From positions 32,001 through 96,000 of IMG/VR virus record IMGVR_UViG_3300026484_000053: 64,000 nucleotides of DNA; one strand, given 5' to 3'. This document shows, in pieces, positions 9,576-17,975 of this stretch (positions are counted from its first letter, which is position 1; each line of letters opens with the position of its first letter). This DNA is from a virus. The position numbers were made by a program, and so were the translations under genes. The notes under the pieces are model-generated. The model did not search any database, was not told where the DNA came from, and saw only the letters and a program-made list of their open reading frames with translations.

Positions 9576-9859
9576 TGCCACCAGTAGTACGATTAGGAGA
9601 TAGCTGCTCAGGATGTTGTGCACCACCTGATGTAGCTGTAGGCGCATCAGGAGATGTGCTTGTAAATGGTATGGGTGCTGTTAGAGTAGGAGATCCTTAT
9701 AATCCACATGCTTGCCCTAAAAGTCCACCTCATGGTAGATCAGGAGCTGCAGGCAGTGGATCAGTAATAGTAAATGGAATGCCAGTTCAGCGAGTAGGAG
9801 ATCCTATAGATTGTGGTGCTTCTTGCGTTGCTGGAAGTGGTAATGTACTTGCTAACTAA
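9575..9859 (+). CDS. PAAR-domain spike tip protein (T4 gp5.4-like)
   Basis: VVRLGD, VLVNGMGAVRVGD, PPH, VIVNGMPVQRVGDPIDCG, GSGNV with Cys/His metal ligands. Confidence 0.92.
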   Translation: MPPVVRLGDSCSGCCAPPDVAVGASGDVLVNGMGAVRVGDPYNPHACPKSPPHGRSGAAGSGSVIVNGMPVQRVGDPIDCGASCVAGSGNVLAN

Positions 9860-9876
9860 ATTACGAAAGGTTAAAA

Positions 9877-10197
9877 ATGAATAACAATAATAACAATAAC
9901 AAAGCAGTAGAATGCGACATATTAGACGATATTGAGTGTATAGAAAGACGTGATATTAAAACTATAACAGGTAAAGAACTATTAGATAAAGTACAAATAA
10001 CGTACGATAGTGTTAAAGATCTTATTATAGTAAATACAGATAGCTCTTTGATAATTAAGTGTAATAATGTAGTTATAGCTAGTAATACAGATATAGTGAT
10101 GTTATCTGGAGATGCAGTAGGCGCAAAAGGTAACATACAACTTAATCCTACAGGTTTTAAAGGATTATTTAAAAAGATGCTTAATCTCTTAAATTAA
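9877..10197 (+). CDS. Hypothetical protein next to PAAR gene
   Basis: 106-aa ORF, AAAGG RBS, beta-rich C-terminal half. Confidence 0.6.
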   Translation: MNNNNNNNKAVECDILDDIECIERRDIKTITGKELLDKVQITYDSVKDLIIVNTDSSLIIKCNNVVIASNTDIVMLSGDAVGAKGNIQLNPTGFKGLFKKMLNLLN

Positions 10198-10216
10198 TAT
10201 TAATTTAATATTAGTA

Positions 10217-10225
10217 TGTTATAAT
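10217..10225 (+). promoter_or_regulatory. Early extended -10 promoter TGTTATAAT
   Basis: 10217-10246 identical to 30 nt of the promoters at 27301 and 28869. Confidence 0.7.
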
Positions 10226-10251
10226 ATACTATCTAAAAATAAAGGTTCAAC

Positions 10252-10479
10252 ATGAATTTAAGTAAAAAAATAACAATAGGTGCTAAAATAACTAAAAGTG
10301 CATTTAAAATAGGATTGGTTATTAAGCTACCAAAATTAGGTTCTAAATGGACTATAACTGCGATTGAAGATAATGTAGCTACTCTACTAAGAGAAGACGA
10401 GCAAATGGAAAGAAAAATCAATTATGCAAACATAAATAAATCATGGAGAACAGCTTCTGACACGCTGTGTGATAGTTAA
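10252..10479 (+). CDS. Hypothetical protein
   Basis: 75-aa ORF directly after promoter/RBS. Confidence 0.6.
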   Translation: MNLSKKITIGAKITKSAFKIGLVIKLPKLGSKWTITAIEDNVATLLREDEQMERKINYANINKSWRTASDTLCDS

Positions 10480-10688
10480 TGAGAAATGATAAGCATTATT
10501 TAAGCATCTTAGAACAGTTTGCTGTAGTTAGTAAAGCCTCAGTATCATTTAAAAATGGATTCTACGTAGTAAAGGTGCAAGGAATTTGTAAAGAACAAAA
10601 AGATAAAATTTTAAATACAAGTTACAAACATAAAAAAGTTTCATACGAAGTTCTTAAAAGAATTAAATACACCATAAATACACTGTAA
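10479..10688 (+). CDS. Hypothetical protein
   Basis: 69-aa ORF coupled by TAATG. Confidence 0.55.
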   Translation: MRNDKHYLSILEQFAVVSKASVSFKNGFYVVKVQGICKEQKDKILNTSYKHKKVSYEVLKRIKYTINTL

Positions 10689-10711
10689 CTGCACTAGTAA
10701 ATGATAAGTAA

Positions 10712-10876
10712 ATGCTAAGTAACAGAATAAAATTTATGATAACTATGGTAACTATTATGACGTTTGTATTATTGTACATGGTATATACCTTAATAGGGTG
10801 GTTAATTATAGGAGCAGTATTTTTTGGACTTGTTGTATCTACAATGATAACAACATCTCTATTTAACACTAATTAA
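10712..10876 (+). CDS. Small membrane protein (54 aa, below the ORF-track cut-off)
   Basis: Manual translation MLSNRIKFMITMVTIMTFVLLYMVYTLIGWLIIGAVFFGLVVSTMITTSLFNTN*; co-oriented with the operon. Confidence 0.5.
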   Translation: MLSNRIKFMITMVTIMTFVLLYMVYTLIGWLIIGAVFFGLVVSTMITTSLFNTN

Positions 10877-10891
10877 AAATAAAGGAAAGAA

Positions 10892-11887
10892 ATGGATGTA
10901 GAAAAAGTACGAAGTGCAGAAGGCGTAGAAGGCGTACTATGCGCAGAAAAGGTAATACTTGTTACTGGAGGATATGGTTTTATCGGCAGTAACTTCATTA
11001 GATATATGATCGACACGCATAATTATAAGATAGTTAATGTAGATATTTGCACTTACGCTGCAAATGAAAATAACTTAAATGGTTATACTACATCTCCGCA
11101 ATACGTGGAGTACATAAACGATATATGCGATGCTGATGCTATAAGTAAAATTATTAAAAGAGAAAATGTAACAGATATCATACATTTTGCTGCTGAATCC
11201 CATGTAGATATGTCACTAAAAGATCCTAACTTATTTGTTCGAACAAATGTTCTTGGAACGAGTGTATTATTAGAAGCTTTTAAAAGTAACAATTTAACAG
11301 GTAGGTTCCACCACGTTGGTACTGACGAAGTATACGGTGACTTACCTTTTGACACTTCAATGTTTACAGAAGAAACGCCTTATAACCCTAGTAGTCCTTA
11401 TAGCGCTTCTAAAGCTGCATCTGACATGTTAGTTAAATCTTTTAACAGATCTTTTAACATGAACTGTACTATAAGTAATTGCAGCAATAATTACGGTCCA
11501 AGGCAAGACAATACAAAGCTAATCCCTAAGGTTATTGAAAAAACTATTAAAGGCGAAGCGATTCCTGTTTATGGTACTGGAAGTAATGTAAGAGATTGGC
11601 TGTATGTTTTAGATCATTGTAAAGCTATAGATGTTATTTTTCACAAAGCGCAACCTGGTAGTCAATACCTTATAGGTGGAAGAAATGAAAGAACAAATCT
11701 TGACATAATTCATAATATATTTGACATTATGAAGAGCGGCGACATTGAATTTGTAGAAGACAGAGCAGGACATGATAGAAGATACGCTATAAATGCAGCA
11801 AAACTTGAAAATGAACTTGGTTGGAAAGCTGAAGAAACATTCGAAACTGGTATTGTGAAAACGATAAAGTGGTATAAAAGGAGATAA
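10892..11887 (+). CDS. rmlB: dTDP-glucose 4,6-dehydratase
   Basis: GGYGFIG, HFAAESHVD, TDEVYG, YSASKA, SNNYGPRQ, DRAGHDRRY. Confidence 0.95.
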   Translation: MDVEKVRSAEGVEGVLCAEKVILVTGGYGFIGSNFIRYMIDTHNYKIVNVDICTYAANENNLNGYTTSPQYVEYINDICDADAISKIIKRENVTDIIHFAAESHVDMSLKDPNLFVRTNVLGTSVLLEAFKSNNLTGRFHHVGTDEVYGDLPFDTSMFTEETPYNPSSPYSASKAASDMLVKSFNRSFNMNCTISNCSNNYGPRQDNTKLIPKVIEKTIKGEAIPVYGTGSNVRDWLYVLDHCKAIDVIFHKAQPGSQYLIGGRNERTNLDIIHNIFDIMKSGDIEFVEDRAGHDRRYAINAAKLENELGWKAEETFETGIVKTIKWYKRR

Positions 11888-11888
11888 A

Positions 11889-12350
11889 ATGCGTGGACAA
11901 ATATTACAATATTTGTTAGACAGTGATAAGAAGATTAAAGGTGCTGTATTAATAGGTTCTAGATCTATTAATGTACATGCAGAAAAGTCTGATTGGGATT
12001 TCTGTGTAGACATTGAAATGTGGGATAAGATAACTTATGATGTTGAAGTAGAGTATGGTGGATCAGGTCAAGACACTAATATTATGAGAAATATTGATTC
12101 TTGCAAGTTTACAGAAAACGGTGAAGTAATTAATTTAATATTATTTGATGAATACGGTATGACTAATCAAAGACGTATAAACGCTATTATGAAAAATTTA
12201 CAAGATGCTGTTAGCTATAAAAATGTTAGGCATCAGATAAACGAGGCTATAACTGATCTTATTTACGATGGTAGGCCTATAAGAGGTGAAGGTCATAATA
12301 GTGCGTTAAGAAGTTTAACAATACAAGACGATGACGAAGTACCATTTTAG
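11889..12350 (+). CDS. Minimal Pol-beta-superfamily nucleotidyltransferase
   Basis: LIGSRSINVHAEKSDWDF fits the hGS-x(9-13)-DhD signature; third acidic strand INLILFD. Confidence 0.7.
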   Translation: MRGQILQYLLDSDKKIKGAVLIGSRSINVHAEKSDWDFCVDIEMWDKITYDVEVEYGGSGQDTNIMRNIDSCKFTENGEVINLILFDEYGMTNQRRINAIMKNLQDAVSYKNVRHQINEAITDLIYDGRPIRGEGHNSALRSLTIQDDDEVPF

Positions 12351-12359
12351 GAGATATAA

Positions 12360-13439
12360 ATGAACGAGAATAAACCTCAAATAATATCGATGCACCAGAA
12401 GATAACTTCTTTTAAGAAAGGACAATCCTACACGCATTTACATACAGAGCATATAGCTTCTGTAATAGGTGCAGATGTAAAGTATGACGGAATATACGAT
12501 GATAAGTCGCCTACTTACGTTTACTTAGGTGCAGATTACTTTCCGGTGCTGCCTAATGGAAAGGAGAAAGCTATAAATCTTTACGGTGGACTTACAGAAG
12601 CTTATTATAAGTACTTCGAAAAGTTCGCGTTAAATAAAGCTACGTCTTATATATTAGATTACCCTGTACCTAAAGGATTTTTAAATGCTTTAGTAAAAAG
12701 AGCTGAAAATAAAAGTGCAAGTACATATAAAGGTGCTGAAGTAGAAGTATTAAAAGAATTACGAAATAAGTGCTTAAATTCTACAGTAGTTACCCAAGAA
12801 GATCTTGTAACAGAATCTAATTCTAATATGATGTTTGGCGACTCGCATTCAATTAGTATGACACCAGGTGGAGTACCTTGTACTAAAATAGGTGGAAGAA
12901 CTTTATTCGGTGCAGTTAAAAATAACGTTATTGTGAACGACTTTGGGAAAACTAAAGCTAAACATATTCTTCTTATGATGGGAAGCATAGATATTAGACA
13001 CCACATGTTTAGACAAGAAGATCCTTTTGGTAATATGAAAGAACTTCTTAATGCATATATGAAACAATGCATAGAGCTAGTAAAAAATGGTAAAAGCGTA
13101 GAAATATGCGCACCTGTGCCTATAGAAACAGAAACTAGGAAATTCAGTAAGGATAATGCTTATCCACCAAGAAGTGGAATATTCTTTCACGGTTCTAGAG
13201 AAGAAAGATTGTCATTAACATTATTCTTTATAGACGAAATACGAAGACTTATAGCTCATTTTGGCTATAATGAATCTATAACTCTTTCTACATATCCAGA
13301 AGAATGGTATACAATGAATCCAGCTGATTATGAAACTAAAATGGAAAGAGTAAAAGGAAGTCACGTTAGTATGCTTAATTGCAGAAGACTTAACTTTGGA
13401 AAAATAGGAGATGAAAATGATGAACACGAAGAATGGTAA
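12360..13439 (+). CDS. Two-domain protein: BGT-like N-terminal region plus SGNH hydrolase/acyltransferase domain
   Basis: INLYGG echoes BGT INFFGG; SGNH blocks FGDSH, GGRTLFG, MGSID and terminal GSHVS. Confidence 0.6.
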   Translation: MNENKPQIISMHQKITSFKKGQSYTHLHTEHIASVIGADVKYDGIYDDKSPTYVYLGADYFPVLPNGKEKAINLYGGLTEAYYKYFEKFALNKATSYILDYPVPKGFLNALVKRAENKSASTYKGAEVEVLKELRNKCLNSTVVTQEDLVTESNSNMMFGDSHSISMTPGGVPCTKIGGRTLFGAVKNNVIVNDFGKTKAKHILLMMGSIDIRHHMFRQEDPFGNMKELLNAYMKQCIELVKNGKSVEICAPVPIETETRKFSKDNAYPPRSGIFFHGSREERLSLTLFFIDEIRRLIAHFGYNESITLSTYPEEWYTMNPADYETKMERVKGSHVSMLNCRRLNFGKIGDENDEHEEW

Positions 13440-13845
13440 GGTAGAGAATTCTCTACCTGAAATTACAAATTTTAATGTACTTGGAGACAATCGAGGTAAT
13501 TTAGTAGCAATAGAGCAAAATAAAGATGTACCGTTTGATATTAGAAGAGTATTTTACGTATACGGTACGTCAGATGAGCCGAGAGGTTTTCATGCGCATC
13601 ACTTAACTAAGCAAGCGTTAATATGCTTACAAGGTTCTGTTACAATTGAATTAGACAATGGTACAGATAAAAGAGAGTACTTATTAGACTCTAAAGATAA
13701 AATGCTTATACAAGATAAAATGGTATGGGGAGTTAATAAGAACTTTAGTAAAGATTGCATATTGTTAGTACTTTCGAATATGTCATACGTTAAAGAAGAT
13801 TATATCACTGACTATGAAAAATTTAAATCAATAACGGCGCACTAG
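13411..13845 (+). CDS. fdtA: dTDP-4-keto-6-deoxyglucose 3,4-ketoisomerase (FdtA/QdtA cupin)
   Basis: [28 protein letters not shown] catalytic His pair. Confidence 0.88.
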   Translation: MKMMNTKNGKVENSLPEITNFNVLGDNRGNLVAIEQNKDVPFDIRRVFYVYGTSDEPRGFHAHHLTKQALICLQGSVTIELDNGTDKREYLLDSKDKMLIQDKMVWGVNKNFSKDCILLVLSNMSYVKEDYITDYEKFKSITAH

Positions 13846-14348
13846 TGAGAGGTGCAAACGTTGACATAACTTGCAGTATACATTGCAGCTCTGATGTTAG
13901 TAAAGATGCGCAAGTTGGTAAATTCACTAACATTTGGCAGTTTTGCACTATTATGCGTGGAGCAAGAGTAGGTTCAAGATGTAATATTAACATGAATGTT
14001 CTTGTAGAGACAGGTGGAATAGTAGGAGATAATTGTACTATTAAACCAGGTGTGCAAATTTGGGATGGAATAGTTATAGAAGATGACGTTTTTATAGGTC
14101 CTAATGCGACGTTTACTAATGACGTTTATCCTAAAAATAAAGTGCATTTAAAAGAAAACGAGTCGTATCCTGTAACTACAGTTTGTAAAGGAGCTTCAAT
14201 AGGTGCTAATGTAACTATACTACCTGGTATAACAATTGGAGAGAATTCACTTATTGCAGCTGGTAGTATAGTTACAAAAGACGTGCCTGCAAATAGTGTT
14301 TATAGAAATGAAGTAAAAAGTGTTGTTACTTTAATTAATAAAGACTAA
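13845..14348 (+). CDS. fdtC: dTDP-3-amino-3,6-dideoxyhexose N-acetyltransferase (hexapeptide repeat)
   Basis: [46 protein letters not shown]; GTG start coupled to fdtA stop. Confidence 0.85.
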   Translation: MRGANVDITCSIHCSSDVSKDAQVGKFTNIWQFCTIMRGARVGSRCNINMNVLVETGGIVGDNCTIKPGVQIWDGIVIEDDVFIGPNATFTNDVYPKNKVHLKENESYPVTTVCKGASIGANVTILPGITIGENSLIAAGSIVTKDVPANSVYRNEVKSVVTLINKD

Positions 14349-14680
14349 TATTTGGTAAAGTTTTTGATAAAAATTGGTAGAAAATTGGTAAAGTACTTAT
14401 AAAATATTACTTAAATGTAAAGTAGTTTGTTAATTAAAAATACGAAGTAACGCAGGTAGTACTCTTGGGCTAAACCGTTTAATTTTTAAATTAAAACCGT
14501 ATGAGCAGTTCTGGTGTTACGCTGCGTAAAAGCATACTGCGCGGCACCTTTAAAGATATAATTTATGGCTGTATTATAATATGTGTAATATATGCATATG
14601 TAATATATGTAATATCTTTAACAGCGCTGCGTAACAGTGCAGTTTAACAGTGCAGTTTAACAACCATTTAATAATAACTA

Positions 14681-14689
14681 TGTTATAAT
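14681..14689 (+). promoter_or_regulatory. Early extended -10 promoter driving fdtB-bgt
   Basis: TGTTATAAT with phased TTTAA tracts, 50 nt before the fdtB ATG. Confidence 0.7.
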
Positions 14690-14738
14690 AACATAAATAA
14701 TAACGTAAATACAGCAAAATACAACTTAAAGGAATAAT

Positions 14739-15863
14739 ATGCAAGAAGAAAAAGTAAAGTTTTTAGACATTGGTGCTATAAACTCAAGAGATGAAGCACA
14801 GCTACAAGATGCAGCTAACAGAGTAATTAAATCAGGATGGTACTTAAACGGTAAAGAAAATGAACTATTTGGTAAAGAATTTTCTGAAATTATTGGTACT
14901 AATTATTGCGTACCTTTAGGTAATGGATTAGAAGCACTAGAGATTACTATTAGGGCATATAAAGAATTAGGTTTGTTTAAAGACAATGACGAGATTCTTG
15001 TACCAGCTAACACTTATATTGCTACAATATTAGCGATATCTGAAAATGGTTTAGTACCTGTTCTTATTGAACCAGGCGAAGATCATCTTATAGACGTAAA
15101 CAGATTAGAAAACGAAATTAACGATAAAACAGTTTGCATTTTACCTGTTCACCTTTATGGTAAAACGTGCGACATGAAAACCATAAATGATATCGCTTAC
15201 AGATACGATTTAATTGTTATAGAAGATTGCGCACAGTCGCATTATAGTAAAGACGATCAAGGTAATGTATCTGGTAGTACGTCAGATGTGGGTTGCTTTA
15301 GCTTTTACCCAGGTAAGAATCTTGGTGCGTTAGGTGACTCAGGTTGCATTTGTACTGACGATTCTCAAGTTGCTCAAATGGTTAAAACTATTTGTAACTA
15401 TGGTAGTAAGAAGAAATACTATAATGAAGTAAAAGGTGTAAACTCAAGAATGGATGAAATTCAAGCAGCGTTCTTAAGAGTTAAATTAACAAGATTAAGA
15501 TCAGATACAGCACTTAGACAAAAAGTAGCGCAATTCTACATGAATAATATTGAAAACGTAGATTGTTTACCTAAAATTGGTACTTTAAGTCAACATGCTT
15601 TTCATTTGTTTGTATTAACGATTCAAAATAGAGAAGCATTTATTGAATTTTTAGCTGCTAAAGGCATTGAAACACTTATACATTATCCTGTTGCACCGTT
15701 TAATCAACAATGCTATAAAGATGAATTCTTTCCAAAGGATTTTCCTATAACAGCTGAAATACACGATAAAATAATTTCAATACCTTTAAGCCCTGTAATA
15801 ACACTTAAAGAGCAACAAAGAGTAGTAGATGCTATTAACTCTTATTTTAAAGAGTCTTTATAA
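14739..15863 (+). CDS. fdtB: PLP-dependent dTDP-3-amino-3,6-dideoxyhexose aminotransferase (DegT/DnrJ family)
   Basis: VPANTYIAT, VHLYG, IEDCAQSH, SFYPGKNLGALGD with PLP Lys, NSRMDEIQAA. Confidence 0.92.
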   Translation: MQEEKVKFLDIGAINSRDEAQLQDAANRVIKSGWYLNGKENELFGKEFSEIIGTNYCVPLGNGLEALEITIRAYKELGLFKDNDEILVPANTYIATILAISENGLVPVLIEPGEDHLIDVNRLENEINDKTVCILPVHLYGKTCDMKTINDIAYRYDLIVIEDCAQSHYSKDDQGNVSGSTSDVGCFSFYPGKNLGALGDSGCICTDDSQVAQMVKTICNYGSKKKYYNEVKGVNSRMDEIQAAFLRVKLTRLRSDTALRQKVAQFYMNNIENVDCLPKIGTLSQHAFHLFVLTIQNREAFIEFLAAKGIETLIHYPVAPFNQQCYKDEFFPKDFPITAEIHDKIISIPLSPVITLKEQQRVVDAINSYFKESL

Positions 15864-17074
15864 TGAATATACTTTTAATGAAAATAGGTGGCAGAATTAA
15901 CACCGGTACTAGAAAACCTACTAATGGTAATGCTGGAGAGAATAAACTTATAGTAGAATTATTTTTAAAAGGTGGCCATAATGTGACGTTATGCACTAAA
16001 TACGTAAAAGGAGATGATCCTGAGACTTATTTCGGATCTAATAAAGTCTCTGCAGTTGATCTGGCATTAATTGATGACGTTAATAATATAGATATGAGTA
16101 AGTATGACAAGCTGGTAGTTATTAATGGAAGCAAGAATTTCTTTGGTGGACAAGATGGTGGAATATGCGCTACGTATAAAGTTCTTAACACATTTCCTAA
16201 AGAAGTAATATTCTTCTATACAGACCCTCTATTAACGCTTTCTCAAGTTTGGAATGATAAATTCGATGAAGCACGTAATCCAGGATGGGGTACAAAATGG
16301 ACTGAATCTGATCTTCTTATTACAAGAAAAGACATAACTCTCTTAGCAGCATCTAAAGGTACTGATCTTACAAAGAAACCATTCGTTGCTAAAGGAATAT
16401 TTACAGACTATAAAGAAATAATTGAATTTGAATGGCAAAAAGCTGTTATATTTGGTAATTCTGTACATGCTAATCCATCTGAAGAAAAGCAAATAGACTT
16501 AATTTATGGTGGATTTTACAGAGGTGGTGCAAGAAGATCGCAAATGATTGAATTTATGTTTGATACAGATTATAATGCTGCATTTTTTGGTAAAATTGAA
16601 GAACATGTATTTAAACTTACTAAAAAAGAGATTGCATCTATTAAAAAATATCCTTCGTTTAAAAAAGAGCTTGGAGACTGGGATTTCTGGAAGAAAGAAA
16701 CTAATAAAGCATACGCTACTATTGTATTTGCTGAAGATACATATTGCGACGCTATTGTTACTATGAGAGTTTATGCAGCAGCATTGAGTAATGTTATAGT
16801 TTTCATTGAAGACAAATATGATTCTAAACACACTATTTTTCCAAATGATACATTCAGAGGCTTTAATTACGTTAAAGATAAAGAAGATTTGTCTAGAAAG
16901 ATGAAGATAATTAAATCATTTACTACAGAGCAATATAATAAAATGTGTAAATCACAGATTAAACAACTTAGAAACGGTACTAAAGATTTATTTAAAGATT
17001 TTAATTCAGCTCTTGGATTAACATTTACAGAGCTTGAAGTTAAAGAATCTTCTGATGAGTTTAGCGACTGGTAA
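15863..17074 (+). CDS. bgt: T4 DNA beta-glucosyltransferase homologue (GT-B)
   Basis: Collinear blocks against T4 BGT (recalled): YDKLVVINGSKNFFGG, FYTDPLL..SQVW, DLIYGGFYRGGARRSQMIEFMFDT, VTMRVY, FIEDKYDSKH. Confidence 0.85.
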   Translation: MNILLMKIGGRINTGTRKPTNGNAGENKLIVELFLKGGHNVTLCTKYVKGDDPETYFGSNKVSAVDLALIDDVNNIDMSKYDKLVVINGSKNFFGGQDGGICATYKVLNTFPKEVIFFYTDPLLTLSQVWNDKFDEARNPGWGTKWTESDLLITRKDITLLAASKGTDLTKKPFVAKGIFTDYKEIIEFEWQKAVIFGNSVHANPSEEKQIDLIYGGFYRGGARRSQMIEFMFDTDYNAAFFGKIEEHVFKLTKKEIASIKKYPSFKKELGDWDFWKKETNKAYATIVFAEDTYCDAIVTMRVYAAALSNVIVFIEDKYDSKHTIFPNDTFRGFNYVKDKEDLSRKMKIIKSFTTEQYNKMCKSQIKQLRNGTKDLFKDFNSALGLTFTELEVKESSDEFSDW

Positions 17075-17136
17075 TGTTTAAGGTGCTAAGGTGCTAAGGT
17101 GCTTACATGTGCTTTAATCCTGTTTTAATCTTCTTA

Positions 17137-17145
17137 TGTTATAAT
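17137..17145 (+). promoter_or_regulatory. Early extended -10 promoter
   Basis: 17098-17146 repeats at 17937-17985 (46/49 nt). Confidence 0.7.
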
Positions 17146-17198
17146 AGTAGTATAACATAATTAAAACTTACAAATAATTGTAAAATAAAGGACATAAA

Positions 17199-17837
17199 AT
17201 GGCTAAAAATAAAACTTTCGTAGAATTAGTGCTAGAACATAGCAGAGCGATGAAAGGAAATTGGGCAGAAAGTAATTACATGTTAATGCCAATAAGCGAA
17301 TTTGGAATGCAAAGAGAATACTCAAAAATAGGAAACTTAAAATTAGGCGGTTCTGTATATGAGCTTTTTGAAAGTAAGATAGTAGATAATAGTTATTTTT
17401 TAGGTACTTTTCAAACAAAATCCATTAAAACAAAATTGGGTGACGAAAAAGAAACTAAATTTGAAGTAATATTTGCTATTACTTTTACTAAATACGACCA
17501 TTACAAATCATATGGAGAAGTTTACAATGTGGACGGTGTAGCTGTTAAAGATTTTTCAAGAGGTATAGCTACTAAAATGTATGAGTACTTCGTTAAAGAG
17601 AAGAAATTTACTATAATAGGCGACGAAGAGCAGTATTTTGGAGCTCGTAAGCTATGGAGTAAGCTAAGTAAAAAGTTAGATCTTACAGTAGATTTATTCG
17701 ACATTAAAAACGACGAAATTATAGAAAAAAATGTAGTGCTGCATCATGGAAATTATGATGAAGATTTTGATAAAAGATTATGGAGTTATAAAAGAGATAA
17801 AATAAATGTTAGGAGTATTCTTAAAGAATTAAAATAA
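17199..17837 (+). CDS. GNAT-like acetyltransferase-fold protein, tentative
   Basis: VDGVAVKDFSRGIATKMYEYF...IGDEEQYFGARKLWSKL fits the phage GNAT motif-A pattern. Confidence 0.55.
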   Translation: MAKNKTFVELVLEHSRAMKGNWAESNYMLMPISEFGMQREYSKIGNLKLGGSVYELFESKIVDNSYFLGTFQTKSIKTKLGDEKETKFEVIFAITFTKYDHYKSYGEVYNVDGVAVKDFSRGIATKMYEYFVKEKKFTIIGDEEQYFGARKLWSKLSKKLDLTVDLFDIKNDEIIEKNVVLHHGNYDEDFDKRLWSYKRDKINVRSILKELK

Positions 17838-17846
17838 GTTATGTAA

Positions 17847-17947
17847 CTTACATAACTTAATGGTGCTTACATAACTTAATGTGCTTACATAACTTAATGG
17901 TGCTTACATAACTTAATGGTGCTTACATAACTTAATGGTGCTTACAT
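17847..17947. repeat. Tandem array of 19-bp unit CTTACATAACTTAATGGTG (about 5.4 copies)
   Basis: Read directly; copy 2 lacks one G; array starts inside a 25-nt palindrome at 17835-17859. Confidence 0.95.
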
Positions 17948-17975
17948 GCACTTTAATCCTATTTTAATCTTCTTA

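Noticed and set aside
10892-13845. dTDP-L-rhamnose pathway
   Set aside because: No RmlC or RmlD was seen. The cupin has the FdtA/QdtA RGxHAH motif and is flanked by an aminotransferase and an N-acetyltransferase.
14447-14565. glmS ribozyme, c-di-GMP riboswitch or group I intron core
   Set aside because: Only short fragments resemble them (ACCAGAACT on the minus strand, GGGCTAAAC, AAGATATA); the partner conserved segments are missing.
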